Below, in pieces: positions 30,668 to 40,457 of a stretch of DNA of 64,000 nt (positions within the stretch are counted from its first letter, which is position 1; each line of letters begins with the position of its first letter). Location: assembly GCA_026397015.1 (NCBI GenBank), contig JAPLVR010000003.1:224001-288000 (forward strand), given 5' to 3'. Below the pieces are notes generated by a model that did no database searches, was not told the DNA's origin, and saw only the letters and a list, made by a program, of their open reading frames with translations. Source of the DNA: Candidatus Iainarchaeum sp. (GTDB lineage Archaea; Iainarchaeota; Iainarchaeia; Iainarchaeales; JAAZKV01). Position numbers and translations under genes: made by a program.

Positions 30668-32971
30668 TTGAAGAATTTAACATTTACAGCGGCTTGCCTG
30701 TTCGCGTTGCTTTTAGTTCTTGGCTGCACAATTAATGACCCGTTAGAAGCGGCGAAGTCTTCGCCGACTATTAAGGAGTTCCTCTTGCAATACCCCGATG
30801 CAAAGATAAACATTCAAATGACATCTGAAGCGGCGATAAAGACGGACTCTGACTTTAAATCCGACTGTAACGCTGTGGAACCGGCTGAATACTACAAGAT
30901 AGTGTTAACGGATAAAAATTCAGGATTGAAAGCGGTCGCCTTTGTTGGCATGCAGAGTCAAATGTCACTTGCACATTTAACTGTCGTTTGCGCATTTGAG
31001 TCGCAACCCTGCAATGAGGATTGGTCTTGCGAAGAATGGGCAGCCTGTACAAATGGAACCCAAAAAAGAAATTGTGATGATTTGAACAAGTGTTCGACAA
31101 CAGGCAACAAGCCGGTAACAAGCAAATCCTGTCAGGATGCAATAAAAACCTGCACTGAGAGCGACTGGTCGTCGACATTAAGCCCGAGCACTTGCCCGCA
31201 ATCAGAACAGCAAACAAAAATTTGGATAAAAACAAATGACTGCAACGCAGGAGTTACGCATCCATCGACAGAATCTATAACCTGTGACAGCCAGGCACCG
31301 ACATGCACCTCTTTTACATATTCTCTCTGGGAAAGCTGCACCCAAGGCGGAACACAAACAAGAACCATCGCCACCTCTTCACCAAGCGGCTGCACCGGCG
31401 GAAGCCCGGTAACTTCGCAAAGTTGCATCTATGTTCCAGTTTGCAGTGAAAACTGGTCCTGCACGAGCTGGACCGCCTGCAGCAGCAACGGCACACAGAC
31501 AAAGACGTGCACAGATTTGAGCTCTTGCGGAACGACAACAAGCAAGCCTTCTTTGAGCCAGAACTGCACTTATCACGCTCCAATTGAAATTAAAAATGAC
31601 CAGGTGTTTCCATACGATGCAACTCAAACAACCAACCCGGCATGGAAAGCATATGTGACATCTAACGGATCGGCAATAACTGGAATTTCAATCAAAAACA
31701 ACTGGAGCTATAACCAGCCGAAAACGGAAACATCCAATTCAAAATTAATGCTTGTCAAGGATGGCAACCTTAATTTCCCGCAAAACTATATAGTGTTTAC
31801 TTACAAAGGGCTGCAGGACCGCACAACAAATAACGCCACTATTGGCGGAAGCAGCATCACAATCACAGACACGAAAGGTATTTTGAGAACAATACCGTTG
31901 GTAATAGAGCTTGGAAGCGGGACAAATGAAATAACGATTGGCGGAAAACCATACATAATAGATGTAAACAAGCAAATTAACGCTGCAAGGTATTGGACAC
32001 TGTCAAGGTCGTCCGGTTCAACATCAGACCCGTGGGGTTCCTCATCGACACCCCCGGCGGGATACGCTGACGCTGGGTACACTGACAAGGGTGTAAACAC
32101 GGGCGCTGCAGTAGGGTTCACAGTTGATGCAGACTGGGAGAATTCTTCAAAAGGAAAAGTTAATTATTATCTTGGTGCAGACGAAACAAACAGCAAGTAC
32201 TGGTTGTTCTTAGCCGTACAGGATTTTGGCATGCCCTCAAGCACAATTGGTTTCAACGGGACTTACCTCACAAATTCGGATTTGAGAAACTACTACCTTC
32301 CAGACACAACAACATATAATGTTTTGACGGGCGAAGGCTTTGCCAAGGCGCCAAGCGAAGGGGATTCATATTCATTCACGGCAAAATTCAGCCTGACCGA
32401 CGAGGGTACCACCTCAATATACACAAATACTTCGACAGGTTATCTCGTTAACAGCACTGATGGAAAATCCAGGCTGTCGGCTGCAACTGCCGAAGTAATT
32501 CATCCTGGATTTATTCTTAATGAATACAGCACGGGCGTCACGAGACTCACACAAGGATACACTTATTATGGGACAAAAATTTCTGTTGGCGGCGGGGTTG
32601 CACAAATATATGCCCCTTCTTCAAAAAGATACGCGCTGGTAAATATGTACAAAGGCGCCACAAATCTTGGGGATGGAGAGGAAACAATTGCTTATAGCGA
32701 CTCTGAATTGACAGAATTCAGCAAAGTACTCGCTACCACCCCGACTTATTCTGAAAACGTTTCGGTTAGCAACACCCCGTTGTTACAGACAATTGCAGAT
32801 GGAATTACGCCAGGTGAAGTAGCCCTCTCAATAAACCAACAACAGGCAGTATATAACCTAACATTTATTGCCCCAATTCAATTCAACACATCCACTACAA
32901 TAAGCCTGCTGGGAAAGACTTACACCATAATCGAATCTTCTTCAACAAGGATCCTGCTTCAAGAATCTTAA
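30668..32971 (+). CDS. Surface lipoprotein with Trp/Cys (TSP1-like) repeats and a Ser/Thr-rich beta C-terminal region
   Basis: LVLGC lipobox; N-terminal domain paralogous to that of 25741 (AKSS.TI..FL..YPDA); four C..xW....W..C..G.Q.R.C repeats; TTG start. Confidence 0.8.
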   Translation: MKNLTFTAACLFALLLVLGCTINDPLEAAKSSPTIKEFLLQYPDAKINIQMTSEAAIKTDSDFKSDCNAVEPAEYYKIVLTDKNSGLKAVAFVGMQSQMSLAHLTVVCAFESQPCNEDWSCEEWAACTNGTQKRNCDDLNKCSTTGNKPVTSKSCQDAIKTCTESDWSSTLSPSTCPQSEQQTKIWIKTNDCNAGVTHPSTESITCDSQAPTCTSFTYSLWESCTQGGTQTRTIATSSPSGCTGGSPVTSQSCIYVPVCSENWSCTSWTACSSNGTQTKTCTDLSSCGTTTSKPSLSQNCTYHAPIEIKNDQVFPYDATQTTNPAWKAYVTSNGSAITGISIKNNWSYNQPKTETSNSKLMLVKDGNLNFPQNYIVFTYKGLQDRTTNNATIGGSSITITDTKGILRTIPLVIELGSGTNEITIGGKPYIIDVNKQINAARYWTLSRSSGSTSDPWGSSSTPPAGYADAGYTDKGVNTGAAVGFTVDADWENSSKGKVNYYLGADETNSKYWLFLAVQDFGMPSSTIGFNGTYLTNSDLRNYYLPDTTTYNVLTGEGFAKAPSEGDSYSFTAKFSLTDEGTTSIYTNTSTGYLVNSTDGKSRLSAATAEVIHPGFILNEYSTGVTRLTQGYTYYGTKISVGGGVAQIYAPSSKRYALVNMYKGATNLGDGEETIAYSDSELTEFSKVLATTPTYSENVSVSNTPLLQTIADGITPGEVALSINQQQAVYNLTFIAPIQFNTSTTISLLGKTYTIIESSSTRILLQES

Positions 32972-33039
32972 CCATTAAACCATTGTAGCGGGCGCCATAC
33001 TTTTCTTTTTAAACCTTTCCAAGAGAAAAATAATAGTTT

Positions 33040-33180
33040 GAGTACACTGTGTCAAAGGAGTTCTGGTGATTCCCCTGGCATAAATGCCAAATAGCTATTT
33101 ATTTGGTAAATTGTGAATTTTGCGCAGGAAAGTTCGGCGCATTTAAAACTCAAAGTGCCCGCATGGGCGGGCAGCGGCAA
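33040..33180 (+). promoter_or_regulatory. Putative structured 5' leader of the L3 operon
   Basis: TATA-like TTTTAAA at ~33007-33013; hairpins TGGCA/TGCCA, CCAAATA/TATTTGG, GAATTTT/AAAGTTC and TGCCCGC/GCGGGCA. Confidence 0.45.
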
Positions 33181-33238
33181 AAAAAAATTTTGGAACGTAG
33201 AAAAGGAAAAATTTGGTAAATTTTAAGAAGGGAAAAAA

Positions 33239-34300
33239 ATGTCATCATACACACAGCCAAGAAGAGGGTCAATGGCTTTCTACCCGAGGAAGAGGGCGCT
33301 AAAACAAACCCCGAGCATGAGGGCATATGGAAACGATGCGAAAGCACTGAATTTTTTGTGTTACAAAGTCGGGATGGTTCAAGTAATGGGAAAAAATATT
33401 CATCACGGAAGTCCTACTTTTGGGCAGGAAGTGGTAATTCCCGCAACTATAATCGTTTGCCCGCCGATGAAAGTATTTGGGGTAAGGGCGTACACCAAAG
33501 CAGAAATAGGCGTGGAAGTTCTGGGCGACGTGCTTGCCGAAAATACCGACAAAATTCTATTGAGAAAAATTTTGAATTTTAAAAAACCGAAAAAGAAAGA
33601 GGGAAAAGAGGCGGCGGAGAAAGGGGGGAAAGAAAAGGAAGGCAAGGAAAGCAAAGAGAAGGAAAAGAAAAAAGGCAAAGAGGCTCCTTGCACAATTTCT
33701 GATTTCGAAAAAGAACTCAACGACGTTGAATATTTCACGCTGCTTGCGCACACCGCACCGGACAGAGTGGAAATAAAAAAGACGCCCGATATTTGCGAAA
33801 TCTCAATCGGCGGAAAGAAAGAGGGGCAACTTGTCTATGCGAGAGAAAAACTTGGAAAAGAAATAAACATCGAAGAAATTGCGAAAGGCAATGACTTTTT
33901 GGATGTTAAGGCTGTTACGACCGGAAAGGGATTTCAAGGGGTAGTAAAAAGATTCCATGTAAGGATGCAGAGGCCAAAAGCGAAAACCAGAAGAGTGGTC
34001 GGTTCCATCGGACCGTGGCACCCCCATACAGTAATGTTCACCGTTGCAAGGGCGGGGCAGATGGGCTACCAATCAAGAACGGAATACAACAAAAGAGTGC
34101 TGAAAATTTCTGATAAGCCGGAAGAAATTAATTCGAAAAGCGGATTCATTAATTATGGAAACATAATAGGAAAATATGCCATAATACAGGGAACACTGCC
34201 CGGACCGACCAAAAGATGTATCGCAATAAGAAAAAGCACGAGGCCTGAAAGAAAGAAGGGAATAAAGCTTGAAACGGTGAGCAAAGTAATTGTAAATTAA
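33239..34300 (+). CDS. rpl3: Ribosomal protein uL3 (with a K/E-rich insertion)
   Basis: PRRGSMAFYPRKR, YKVGM, GKGFQGVVKR, GSIGPWHP, RAGQMGY..RTEYNK. Confidence 0.97.
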   Translation: MSSYTQPRRGSMAFYPRKRALKQTPSMRAYGNDAKALNFLCYKVGMVQVMGKNIHHGSPTFGQEVVIPATIIVCPPMKVFGVRAYTKAEIGVEVLGDVLAENTDKILLRKILNFKKPKKKEGKEAAEKGGKEKEGKESKEKEKKKGKEAPCTISDFEKELNDVEYFTLLAHTAPDRVEIKKTPDICEISIGGKKEGQLVYAREKLGKEINIEEIAKGNDFLDVKAVTTGKGFQGVVKRFHVRMQRPKAKTRRVVGSIGPWHPHTVMFTVARAGQMGYQSRTEYNKRVLKISDKPEEINSKSGFINYGNIIGKYAIIQGTLPGPTKRCIAIRKSTRPERKKGIKLETVSKVIVN

Positions 34301-34372
34301 ATTTGAAAAGAAGGGGAAGCAAAAAAAGAAAAAAAATTGAAAGATTGTTTTTGAAAATAAAAGGTTGTTTTT

Positions 34373-35335
34373 ATGAAAGTGAAAGTTGTGGGAATGGACG
34401 GTTCTTCTAAAGAAACTATGGAGCTGCCTGAAGTTTTCAACAGCGAGTACAGGCCGAGAGTAATACAAAGGGCAGTTCTCGCAATGCAAACCGCAAAAAA
34501 ACAGCCGAAGGGAGCTGACACGAGAGCGGGAAAAAAGAACACCGCGACCTATGTCGGTACGAGAGGACCGCCCGCAGAACGCAGAACAATAAACGTAGAG
34601 CACGCGAGATTGCCGAGGCTCAAAAACAAGCGCGCTTTGCTTTACGGAAGAGTTGCAAGAGTCCCGCACTCCGTCGGGGGAATGGCTGCGCACCCGCCAA
34701 AATCCTGGAAAATTTATGTTGAAAAAATAAATAAGCGCGAAAGAAAAGAAGCCCTCAAGAGCGCAATTGCGGCAACGGGAAATAAGGAACTGGTCGCAAA
34801 AAGATTTATTTTTGATTGCGAACTGCCGCTGATAATTGAAGGAAAATTTGAAAAGGTTCCAAAAACAAAAGAAGTTGTCGCAGTCCTGGAAAAAGCCGGC
34901 GTGGGAAAGGATTTGGAAAATGCGAGGGAAAAAACTGGAAAGAGGGCCGGAAAGGGAAAAACCAGGGGAAGAAAATTAAAGGTGAAAAAAAGCGTTCTTA
35001 TTGTGACGGCACAGAATGAAAAAGTTTTGAAGGCTGCGAGGAATTTAATCGGGGTTGACGCGGTAACGGTAAATTCCCTTAATGTGGAGTTGCTCGCGCC
35101 GGGCGGAGAAGCCGGAAGACTTGTTGTGTGGACAAAGGACGCAATCATTGCGCTTGGAAAAAAAAATGAAAAGGGGATTCACGCGGAAAAGGGCGAAAAT
35201 AAAAAAAGCGCGGAAGTAAGCGCGAAGAAAAACAAAATTGACCCGAGAAAAAAAAACAGGCTTTTGAGGAAAAAAAGGGATGCGAAAAAGAAGGGCGCGG
35301 CGAAGGGCAGAAAAGAAAATGAAAGGGGCGAATAA
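34373..35335 (+). CDS. rpl4: Ribosomal protein uL4
   Basis: LPEVF...RP.VI.RA, AHPPK, KINKRE, AARNL.GVD, LAPGG..GRL.VW. Confidence 0.96.
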   Translation: MKVKVVGMDGSSKETMELPEVFNSEYRPRVIQRAVLAMQTAKKQPKGADTRAGKKNTATYVGTRGPPAERRTINVEHARLPRLKNKRALLYGRVARVPHSVGGMAAHPPKSWKIYVEKINKRERKEALKSAIAATGNKELVAKRFIFDCELPLIIEGKFEKVPKTKEVVAVLEKAGVGKDLENAREKTGKRAGKGKTRGRKLKVKKSVLIVTAQNEKVLKAARNLIGVDAVTVNSLNVELLAPGGEAGRLVVWTKDAIIALGKKNEKGIHAEKGENKKSAEVSAKKNKIDPRKKNRLLRKKRDAKKKGAAKGRKENERGE

Positions 35336-35337
35336 AG

Positions 35338-35745
35338 ATGGTAAAACTGAAAGCCGAGGAAATTAGGCAGGCAAAGGCTGAAAAAGAAGCAAAAAAGAAA
35401 GCTGAGGAGAACAGGGCGCCGGCAAAGGTTGCTGTAAAAAAAGAAGGGGGAAAAGGAGAAGGAAAAATAAAGATTGCGGAAACGGAAGAAAGTTTTAATG
35501 TGGTTTATTACCCGCTGGTTACCGAAAAGGCGGTGAACATGATCGAATCGGAAAACAAACTGACATTTATCGTGAGCAATCATGCAGGGAAGAAACAAAT
35601 AAAAGAGGTAATTGAAAAGGCATATTCAGTAAAGGTAAGGGGAGTAAACGTTGTAAGGGACAGAAAAGGAAGAAAAAAAGCGATTGTCAGGCTCGCTCCG
35701 GAATTTAAGGCGCAGGAGCTCGCCACAAAACTGGGAGTGCTGTAA
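35338..35745 (+). CDS. rpl23: Ribosomal protein uL23
   Basis: PLVTEKA...IE.ENKLTFIV, KKAIVRL. Confidence 0.96.
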   Translation: MVKLKAEEIRQAKAEKEAKKKAEENRAPAKVAVKKEGGKGEGKIKIAETEESFNVVYYPLVTEKAVNMIESENKLTFIVSNHAGKKQIKEVIEKAYSVKVRGVNVVRDRKGRKKAIVRLAPEFKAQELATKLGVL

Positions 35746-35787
35746 AATTTTTTAATTTTGATTTGTAAAATTTTTGGTTGATGAAAA

Positions 35788-36501
35788 ATGGGAAAAAGAT
35801 TGATATCGCAGAGAAGGGGAAGAGGGACACTCACGTTCATAGCAAAGCTCAAGGGATATGAGGCAAAGTACATTAACCAGAATGGAAACGAATTGATAAA
35901 AGGGGAGATAACGGATTTGATAAAGGAGAATGGCAGAAATTCATTGCTTGCGGAAATTACATTCAATGACGGCCAAAGTGAAATAATAATCGCGGCCGAA
36001 GGGATAACGATTGGAAAGAAAATGGAACAGGGAAAAGGCGCGGCAATCGAGATAGGAAATGTCGCATTTTTACAGGACATACCCGAAGGGTGCCCGATTT
36101 TTGGCATTGAAAGGGTTCCGGGGGATGGTGGCACAATGATAAAGAGCGCCGGAAGCTACGCTTTGCTTATAGCGAAAGACAGCAAGAAGGCAATAATAAA
36201 GATGCCTTCAAACAAGATGGTAACGCTGCTGTTGAATTCAAGGGCAACTATAGGAAATATTTCCTGCGGCGGAAGGGGCGAAAAACCGTTTGTCAAAGCC
36301 GGAAACAAATTCCACGCGATGAAGGCAAAAAGAAAGATATATCCTTGGGTAAGGGGAGTCGCGATGAATGCAGTTGACCACCCATTCGGCGGAAGCCAGC
36401 ACCACCCGGGAAAATCAAAGAGCACTTCAAGAAATGCGCCGCCAGGAAGAAAGGTTGGTGCGATTGCTTCGACAAGAACGGGAAGGAGGAAGAAGAATTA
36501 A
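35788..36501 (+). CDS. rpl2: Ribosomal protein uL2
   Basis: MGKRLISQRRGRG, VRGVAMNAVDHPFGG, PPGRKVG. Confidence 0.97.
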   Translation: MGKRLISQRRGRGTLTFIAKLKGYEAKYINQNGNELIKGEITDLIKENGRNSLLAEITFNDGQSEIIIAAEGITIGKKMEQGKGAAIEIGNVAFLQDIPEGCPIFGIERVPGDGGTMIKSAGSYALLIAKDSKKAIIKMPSNKMVTLLLNSRATIGNISCGGRGEKPFVKAGNKFHAMKAKRKIYPWVRGVAMNAVDHPFGGSQHHPGKSKSTSRNAPPGRKVGAIASTRTGRRKKN

Positions 36502-36547
36502 GGGCGCACGGCGAAAAGGCGCTTATTAAAATCAAAAAGGTGTTTTT

Positions 36548-36940
36548 ATGGCTAAAAAAGAATTTACTTTCAGGGGAAAAAATATTCAGGAATTAAAGGC
36601 GATGAGCGTAGAGCAGTTCGCGGAGCTATGCAACTCAAGGGCGAAAAGGAATTTGAAAAAGGGAATTGACAAAAAGTTCATGAAAAAAATAGAACGCGCA
36701 AGCAGGGATTCCAAAGCAAAGCCCGTAAAGACACATTTGAGGGACTTGATAATAGTGCCTGCAATGATTGGAGTAAAGATTGCGGTTCACAGGGGAAACA
36801 CTTTTGAAACAGTGGATGTTAACGAAAAAATGCTCGGGCATTATATCGGGGAATTCGCACTCACAAGAAAAAGATTGAGTCACGGAAAAGCAGGAATCGG
36901 AGCGACAAAAAGTTCGACCGCGATAACTGCAAGAGGATAA
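36548..36940 (+). CDS. rps19: Ribosomal protein uS19
   Basis: FTFRG, KTHLRD, GHYIGEF, GIGATKSS. Confidence 0.97.
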   Translation: MAKKEFTFRGKNIQELKAMSVEQFAELCNSRAKRNLKKGIDKKFMKKIERASRDSKAKPVKTHLRDLIIVPAMIGVKIAVHRGNTFETVDVNEKMLGHYIGEFALTRKRLSHGKAGIGATKSSTAITARG

Positions 36941-37050
36941 AAAAGATTTAAAAAATGGAAAGGGAAAAAAGAATTAAAAAAAATCAAAAAAAATAAAACA
37001 AAAAAACTAAAAAAATAAAGCCAAAAAAAATGGAAAAAAGAGGTGAAAAA

Positions 37051-37524
37051 ATGGTGAAAAAAAATTATCAGGCGCTGCCGGGAAAGCAAAGCAAGACCGC
37101 AAAAGCCCTGATAACGAATGCACCGGTTTCACTCAAGTATTCCACTGAAATATGCAATCAAATCAGGGGAAAACCCGTTGAAAAAATGATTGAATGGATG
37201 AAAAGAATAATTTTACATGAGGACCATTTGCCGCTCAGGATGTACCACAAAAAGGTCGGGCACAGAAAAGGCACTGCAAAACAGGGAGTAAAAGCCGGAA
37301 GGTATCCTGAAAGAAACGCCGCAAAATTCATAGAACTTCTGGAGCTGGCAAAATCAAACGCCGACTTCAAGGGGCTTGATACAGAAAAACTAATAGTGCT
37401 TACCGCATTCGCATCGCAGGGAGTGAAAAAATACGGCCACCAGAGCAAGGGAAGAATCAGCGGAAAGGTTCATTTGAGAAAATCCACAAATATCGAAGTG
37501 ATTGTTATGGAAGTGAAAGCATGA
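37051..37524 (+). CDS. rpl22: Ribosomal protein uL22
   Basis: VSLKYSTEIC..IRG, GRYP, NA..KGLD; GAGGTGA SD. Confidence 0.96.
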   Translation: MVKKNYQALPGKQSKTAKALITNAPVSLKYSTEICNQIRGKPVEKMIEWMKRIILHEDHLPLRMYHKKVGHRKGTAKQGVKAGRYPERNAAKFIELLELAKSNADFKGLDTEKLIVLTAFASQGVKKYGHQSKGRISGKVHLRKSTNIEVIVMEVKA

Positions 37525-38426
37525 TAGAAAGATTTTTCATCCAGCAGAATATAAAAAAAATGGAGCTTGAAGAGTATATCGGCAAAAAACTTGACAGGGC
37601 CGGTTTCACGCACATAGACATAGTTAAGACGCCGCTGATTACAAGAATTGTGCTTCACGTCGCAAAGCCCGGGCTGGCAATCGGAAAGGGCGGGCAGACA
37701 ATAAAACAGCTTACAACATTAATAGCTGAAAAGTACGGAATTGACAATCCACAAATCGAAATACAAGAAATAAAAAATCCGAACATGAATGCGAAGGTTA
37801 TTGCCGACAGAATGGCATCGCTGATACAAAAAGGATTTTCCTGGAGAAGCGTTGTTTTCAGAAGCGTTAGGGACATAATGACGGCGGGGGCGCAGGGAGT
37901 TGAATTGCAGGTGAAGGGAAAGCTCTCCGGAAAAGGCGGAAGGAAAAGAAAGCAGAGAATCGCATTCGGGTACATGAAAAAAGTCGGCGACCAAACGAAA
38001 TATGTTGATTACGCAAAAACCGCGGCCTATCCAAAAGCAGGTGCAATCGGAATAAAGCTTAGAATAATACATCCGGAAGCGGTGTTTCCGGACAAAGTGG
38101 ATGTTTTAAAAGTCGTTGAAAGCGTAAAGAAGGCTGGGGCGGCAAGCGCTTCGGTAGTGGCACACGCACCGGCGGCAGAAGCGGAGATAACAGAAAAACA
38201 AAATGTCGAGGAAACAAAGCCCGAAGAATCAATTGCCGGGAAAATAGAGGAAATTTTTGAAAAGAAAAAAGAAGAGCACAAAAGCGAGAATGCCAAAACA
38301 AAGGAGGCGCAAATAGAAAAAGCAAAAGAAAAGCCAGAGGAAAAAAGCTCAAAACCGAAAGAAATTCAACTCCAAAAGGCGGCTGAAAAAAAGGAAAGAA
38401 GGAAAAGAAAAGTTGAAATGAAATAA
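37521..38426 (+). CDS. rps3: Ribosomal protein uS3 with a long C-terminal K/E tail
   Basis: KPGLAIGKGG.TI, AGAQGVE...GKL, GAIGIKLRI. Confidence 0.96.
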   Translation: MIERFFIQQNIKKMELEEYIGKKLDRAGFTHIDIVKTPLITRIVLHVAKPGLAIGKGGQTIKQLTTLIAEKYGIDNPQIEIQEIKNPNMNAKVIADRMASLIQKGFSWRSVVFRSVRDIMTAGAQGVELQVKGKLSGKGGRKRKQRIAFGYMKKVGDQTKYVDYAKTAAYPKAGAIGIKLRIIHPEAVFPDKVDVLKVVESVKKAGAASASVVAHAPAAEAEITEKQNVEETKPEESIAGKIEEIFEKKKEEHKSENAKTKEAQIEKAKEKPEEKSSKPKEIQLQKAAEKKERRKRKVEMK

Positions 38427-38496
38427 AAAATGAAAATTAATTGAAAAAATAGGATGAAAACAAAAAATGGGAAATAAAAAAAAATGAAAAGTGATT
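38420..38496 (+). repeat. 77-bp intergenic direct repeat, copy 1
   Basis: Identical to 48503-48578 apart from one A in a homopolymer run. Confidence 0.9.
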
Positions 38497-38499
38497 GTT

Positions 38500-38727
38500 A
38501 TGAAGTACAAGGAAATTGAACAAATGGGCGTCGTGGAAATCAGGGAAAAAATAATCGAGAACAGGCAGGCGCTGGCGAAAGAAAGGGCGACAATCGCATC
38601 AGGAGTTAGAAGCGAAAATCCAGGAAAAATAAGAAAGCTTAGGAGAGAGGTTGCGAAGATGCTTACCGCGTTAAATGTTAAAATGAAAAGCAAAACGGAG
38701 GAGAAGAAAAAGAATGCAGGAAATTGA
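38500..38727 (+). CDS. rpl29: Ribosomal protein uL29
   Basis: ENPGKIRKLRREVAKMLT; follows S3. Confidence 0.93.
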   Translation: MKYKEIEQMGVVEIREKIIENRQALAKERATIASGVRSENPGKIRKLRREVAKMLTALNVKMKSKTEEKKKNAGN

Positions 38728-39016
38728 CAAGATCAGCGGGCTTCCCAAAGACCTTTTTGACATAAATAAAATCACAAAGGAACAGCAGAAAATAAAAATT
38801 ATTGTTATAAAAAGGAAGTTCTCGAAAGTTGTAACAATAGTTTCTGGTTTCGAAGACCAGGAAACTGCAAAGGAAATGGGAAAGGAGATGAAAAGAAAGT
38901 TTGCATGCGGAGGAACAACAAAAGGAACGGAAATAGAGCTGCAGGGAGACCACAAAAGAAAAGCAAAAGATTTCCTTTTATCAAAGGGTTATAATGAAGA
39001 ATTAATTGATGCGTGA
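38714..39016 (+). CDS. Translation initiation factor aIF-1 (SUI1)
   Basis: GLPKDL, KRKFACGGT, IELQGDH. Confidence 0.95.
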   Translation: MQEIDKISGLPKDLFDINKITKEQQKIKIIVIKRKFSKVVTIVSGFEDQETAKEMGKEMKRKFACGGTTKGTEIELQGDHKRKAKDFLLSKGYNEELIDA

Positions 39017-39021
39017 TAAAA

Positions 39022-39336
39022 ATGAAAAAAGAAACGGAAAAAATTGATGCAGGGGCAAAGTACTGCGTAACAAAGGAAAACGCCGCTTTTCACGAGCTAA
39101 TAGGGCTCGGTGTCAAGGTTGTGGGTGGAAATTGCCAAGAAAGAAATCAGTTGAAAGGCAGGATAATGGATGAAACTAAAAACACCTTTGTAATAGAAAC
39201 GAAAAAAGGAGAAAACGTTGTTCCAAAATGTGAATGTATTTTTGAATTTGAGCTTGGAAAAAACGGAAGCGTTGTCATTGAGGGAAAGAAAATTTTGAAA
39301 AAACCTGAAGACAGGGTAAAAGAGTGGAGGAATTAA
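39022..39336 (+). CDS. rnp1: RNase P protein Rpp29
   Basis: HELIGL.VKV, G.I.DETKNT, VPK...IFEF, PEDR. Confidence 0.93.
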   Translation: MKKETEKIDAGAKYCVTKENAAFHELIGLGVKVVGGNCQERNQLKGRIMDETKNTFVIETKKGENVVPKCECIFEFELGKNGSVVIEGKKILKKPEDRVKEWRN

Positions 39337-39337
39337 A

Positions 39338-39682
39338 ATGGCTGCTGCAAAAAAAATGGAAACGGAAAAAGTTGCAGGCAAAGGTGCCGGCGCCGGGGGA
39401 TCCTTCGCGGTTGTCGACGGCAAAAAAATTTATCCGGTAAGAGGAAACATATTCGAGGGAAAAGTCGTTTCAGCCAAGGCAAACAAAACCGTTGCGGTTG
39501 AAAGAGAGTTGACACACTATGTGAGGAAGTACGAAAGGTACAAGAAAATAAAATCAAAGATAAGCGCGCACAATCCCGGCAACAGGGCAAAGGAAGGAGA
39601 CACTGTAAGAATCGGGGAGACGAGAAAGATTTCAAAAACGAAATCATTTGTTGTGATGGAAATTTTAGGTGAAAAGAAATGA
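39338..39682 (+). CDS. rps17: Ribosomal protein uS17
   Basis: VRG.IFEGKVVS, KYERY, AHNP, ETRKISKTK.F. Confidence 0.96.
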   Translation: MAAAKKMETEKVAGKGAGAGGSFAVVDGKKIYPVRGNIFEGKVVSAKANKTVAVERELTHYVRKYERYKKIKSKISAHNPGNRAKEGDTVRIGETRKISKTKSFVVMEILGEKK

Positions 39683-40077
39683 AAGCAATGAGCATCAAGA
39701 ACAATAAGGCGCTCACATTGAAGAGCCACGTGCTTTGTGCGGACAACAGCGGAGCAAAGGAGGTTTACATAATTTCTGTTTTCACCTACAAGACCAGAAA
39801 AAAAGGAAACCCGAAAGCCGGAATCGGCTCTTTGGTTAATGTAGTGGTAAAAAAAGGGAAGCCCGAAATGAGGGGAAAAATTGAAAGGGCGGTTGTTATA
39901 AGGACGAAACAGGAATACAGGCGGCCGAGTGGAATGAGGGTTAAGTTTGATGATAACGCGGTAGTGCTGGTTGATGAAGAAGGGCTGCCGAAAGCGTCCG
40001 AAATAAAGGGCTGCGTTGCAAGGGAAGTCGGGGAAAGGTTTCCGAAGATAGCGGGCCTGGCGCCGACAGTTGTTTGA
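39679..40077 (+). CDS. rpl14: Ribosomal protein uL14
   Basis: CADNSGAK, VKKGKPEMR, KFDDNAVV. Confidence 0.97.
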   Translation: MKAMSIKNNKALTLKSHVLCADNSGAKEVYIISVFTYKTRKKGNPKAGIGSLVNVVVKKGKPEMRGKIERAVVIRTKQEYRRPSGMRVKFDDNAVVLVDEEGLPKASEIKGCVAREVGERFPKIAGLAPTVV

Positions 40078-40100
40078 GGAACAAAAAAAGGTGGACAAAG

Positions 40101-40457
40101 ATGGCAAGCAAACCAAGAAAAGTGAGAAAGGGATTTTACAACATGAAAGCGCACAAGCGCGCAAAAAAAATTGCGGCGCACCTTAGCGAGAAGCTGGCAA
40201 AAGAACACAACAAAAGGGCATTGTCCATAAGAAAGGGGGATATTGTAAAAGTTATGCGCGGTAATTTTAAGGGCAAAGAGGGGAAGGTAAGCGGAATTGA
40301 CAGGGCAAAGCTGAAAATTTTTGTCGACAAGGTTATGAGAAAAAAAAGTGATGGAACGGAAATGAAAGTCGCGATTGACCCTTCAAAAGTAGTTTTGATT
40401 GAGCTTGAAAAAAGCGACAAAAAAAGAACAAAACCTAGGAAAGGTGAAAAAAAATGA
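40101..40457 (+). CDS. rpl24: Ribosomal protein uL24
   Basis: SKPRKVRK, IRKGD.VKVMRG, IDPSKV. Confidence 0.96.
   Translation: MASKPRKVRKGFYNMKAHKRAKKIAAHLSEKLAKEHNKRALSIRKGDIVKVMRGNFKGKEGKVSGIDRAKLKIFVDKVMRKKSDGTEMKVAIDPSKVVLIELEKSDKKRTKPRKGEKK

Noticed and set aside
33122-33140. CAGGAAAGTTCGG resembling RNase P RNA conserved region I
   Set aside because: No matching CR-V/P4 partner downstream and too little room before rpl3.
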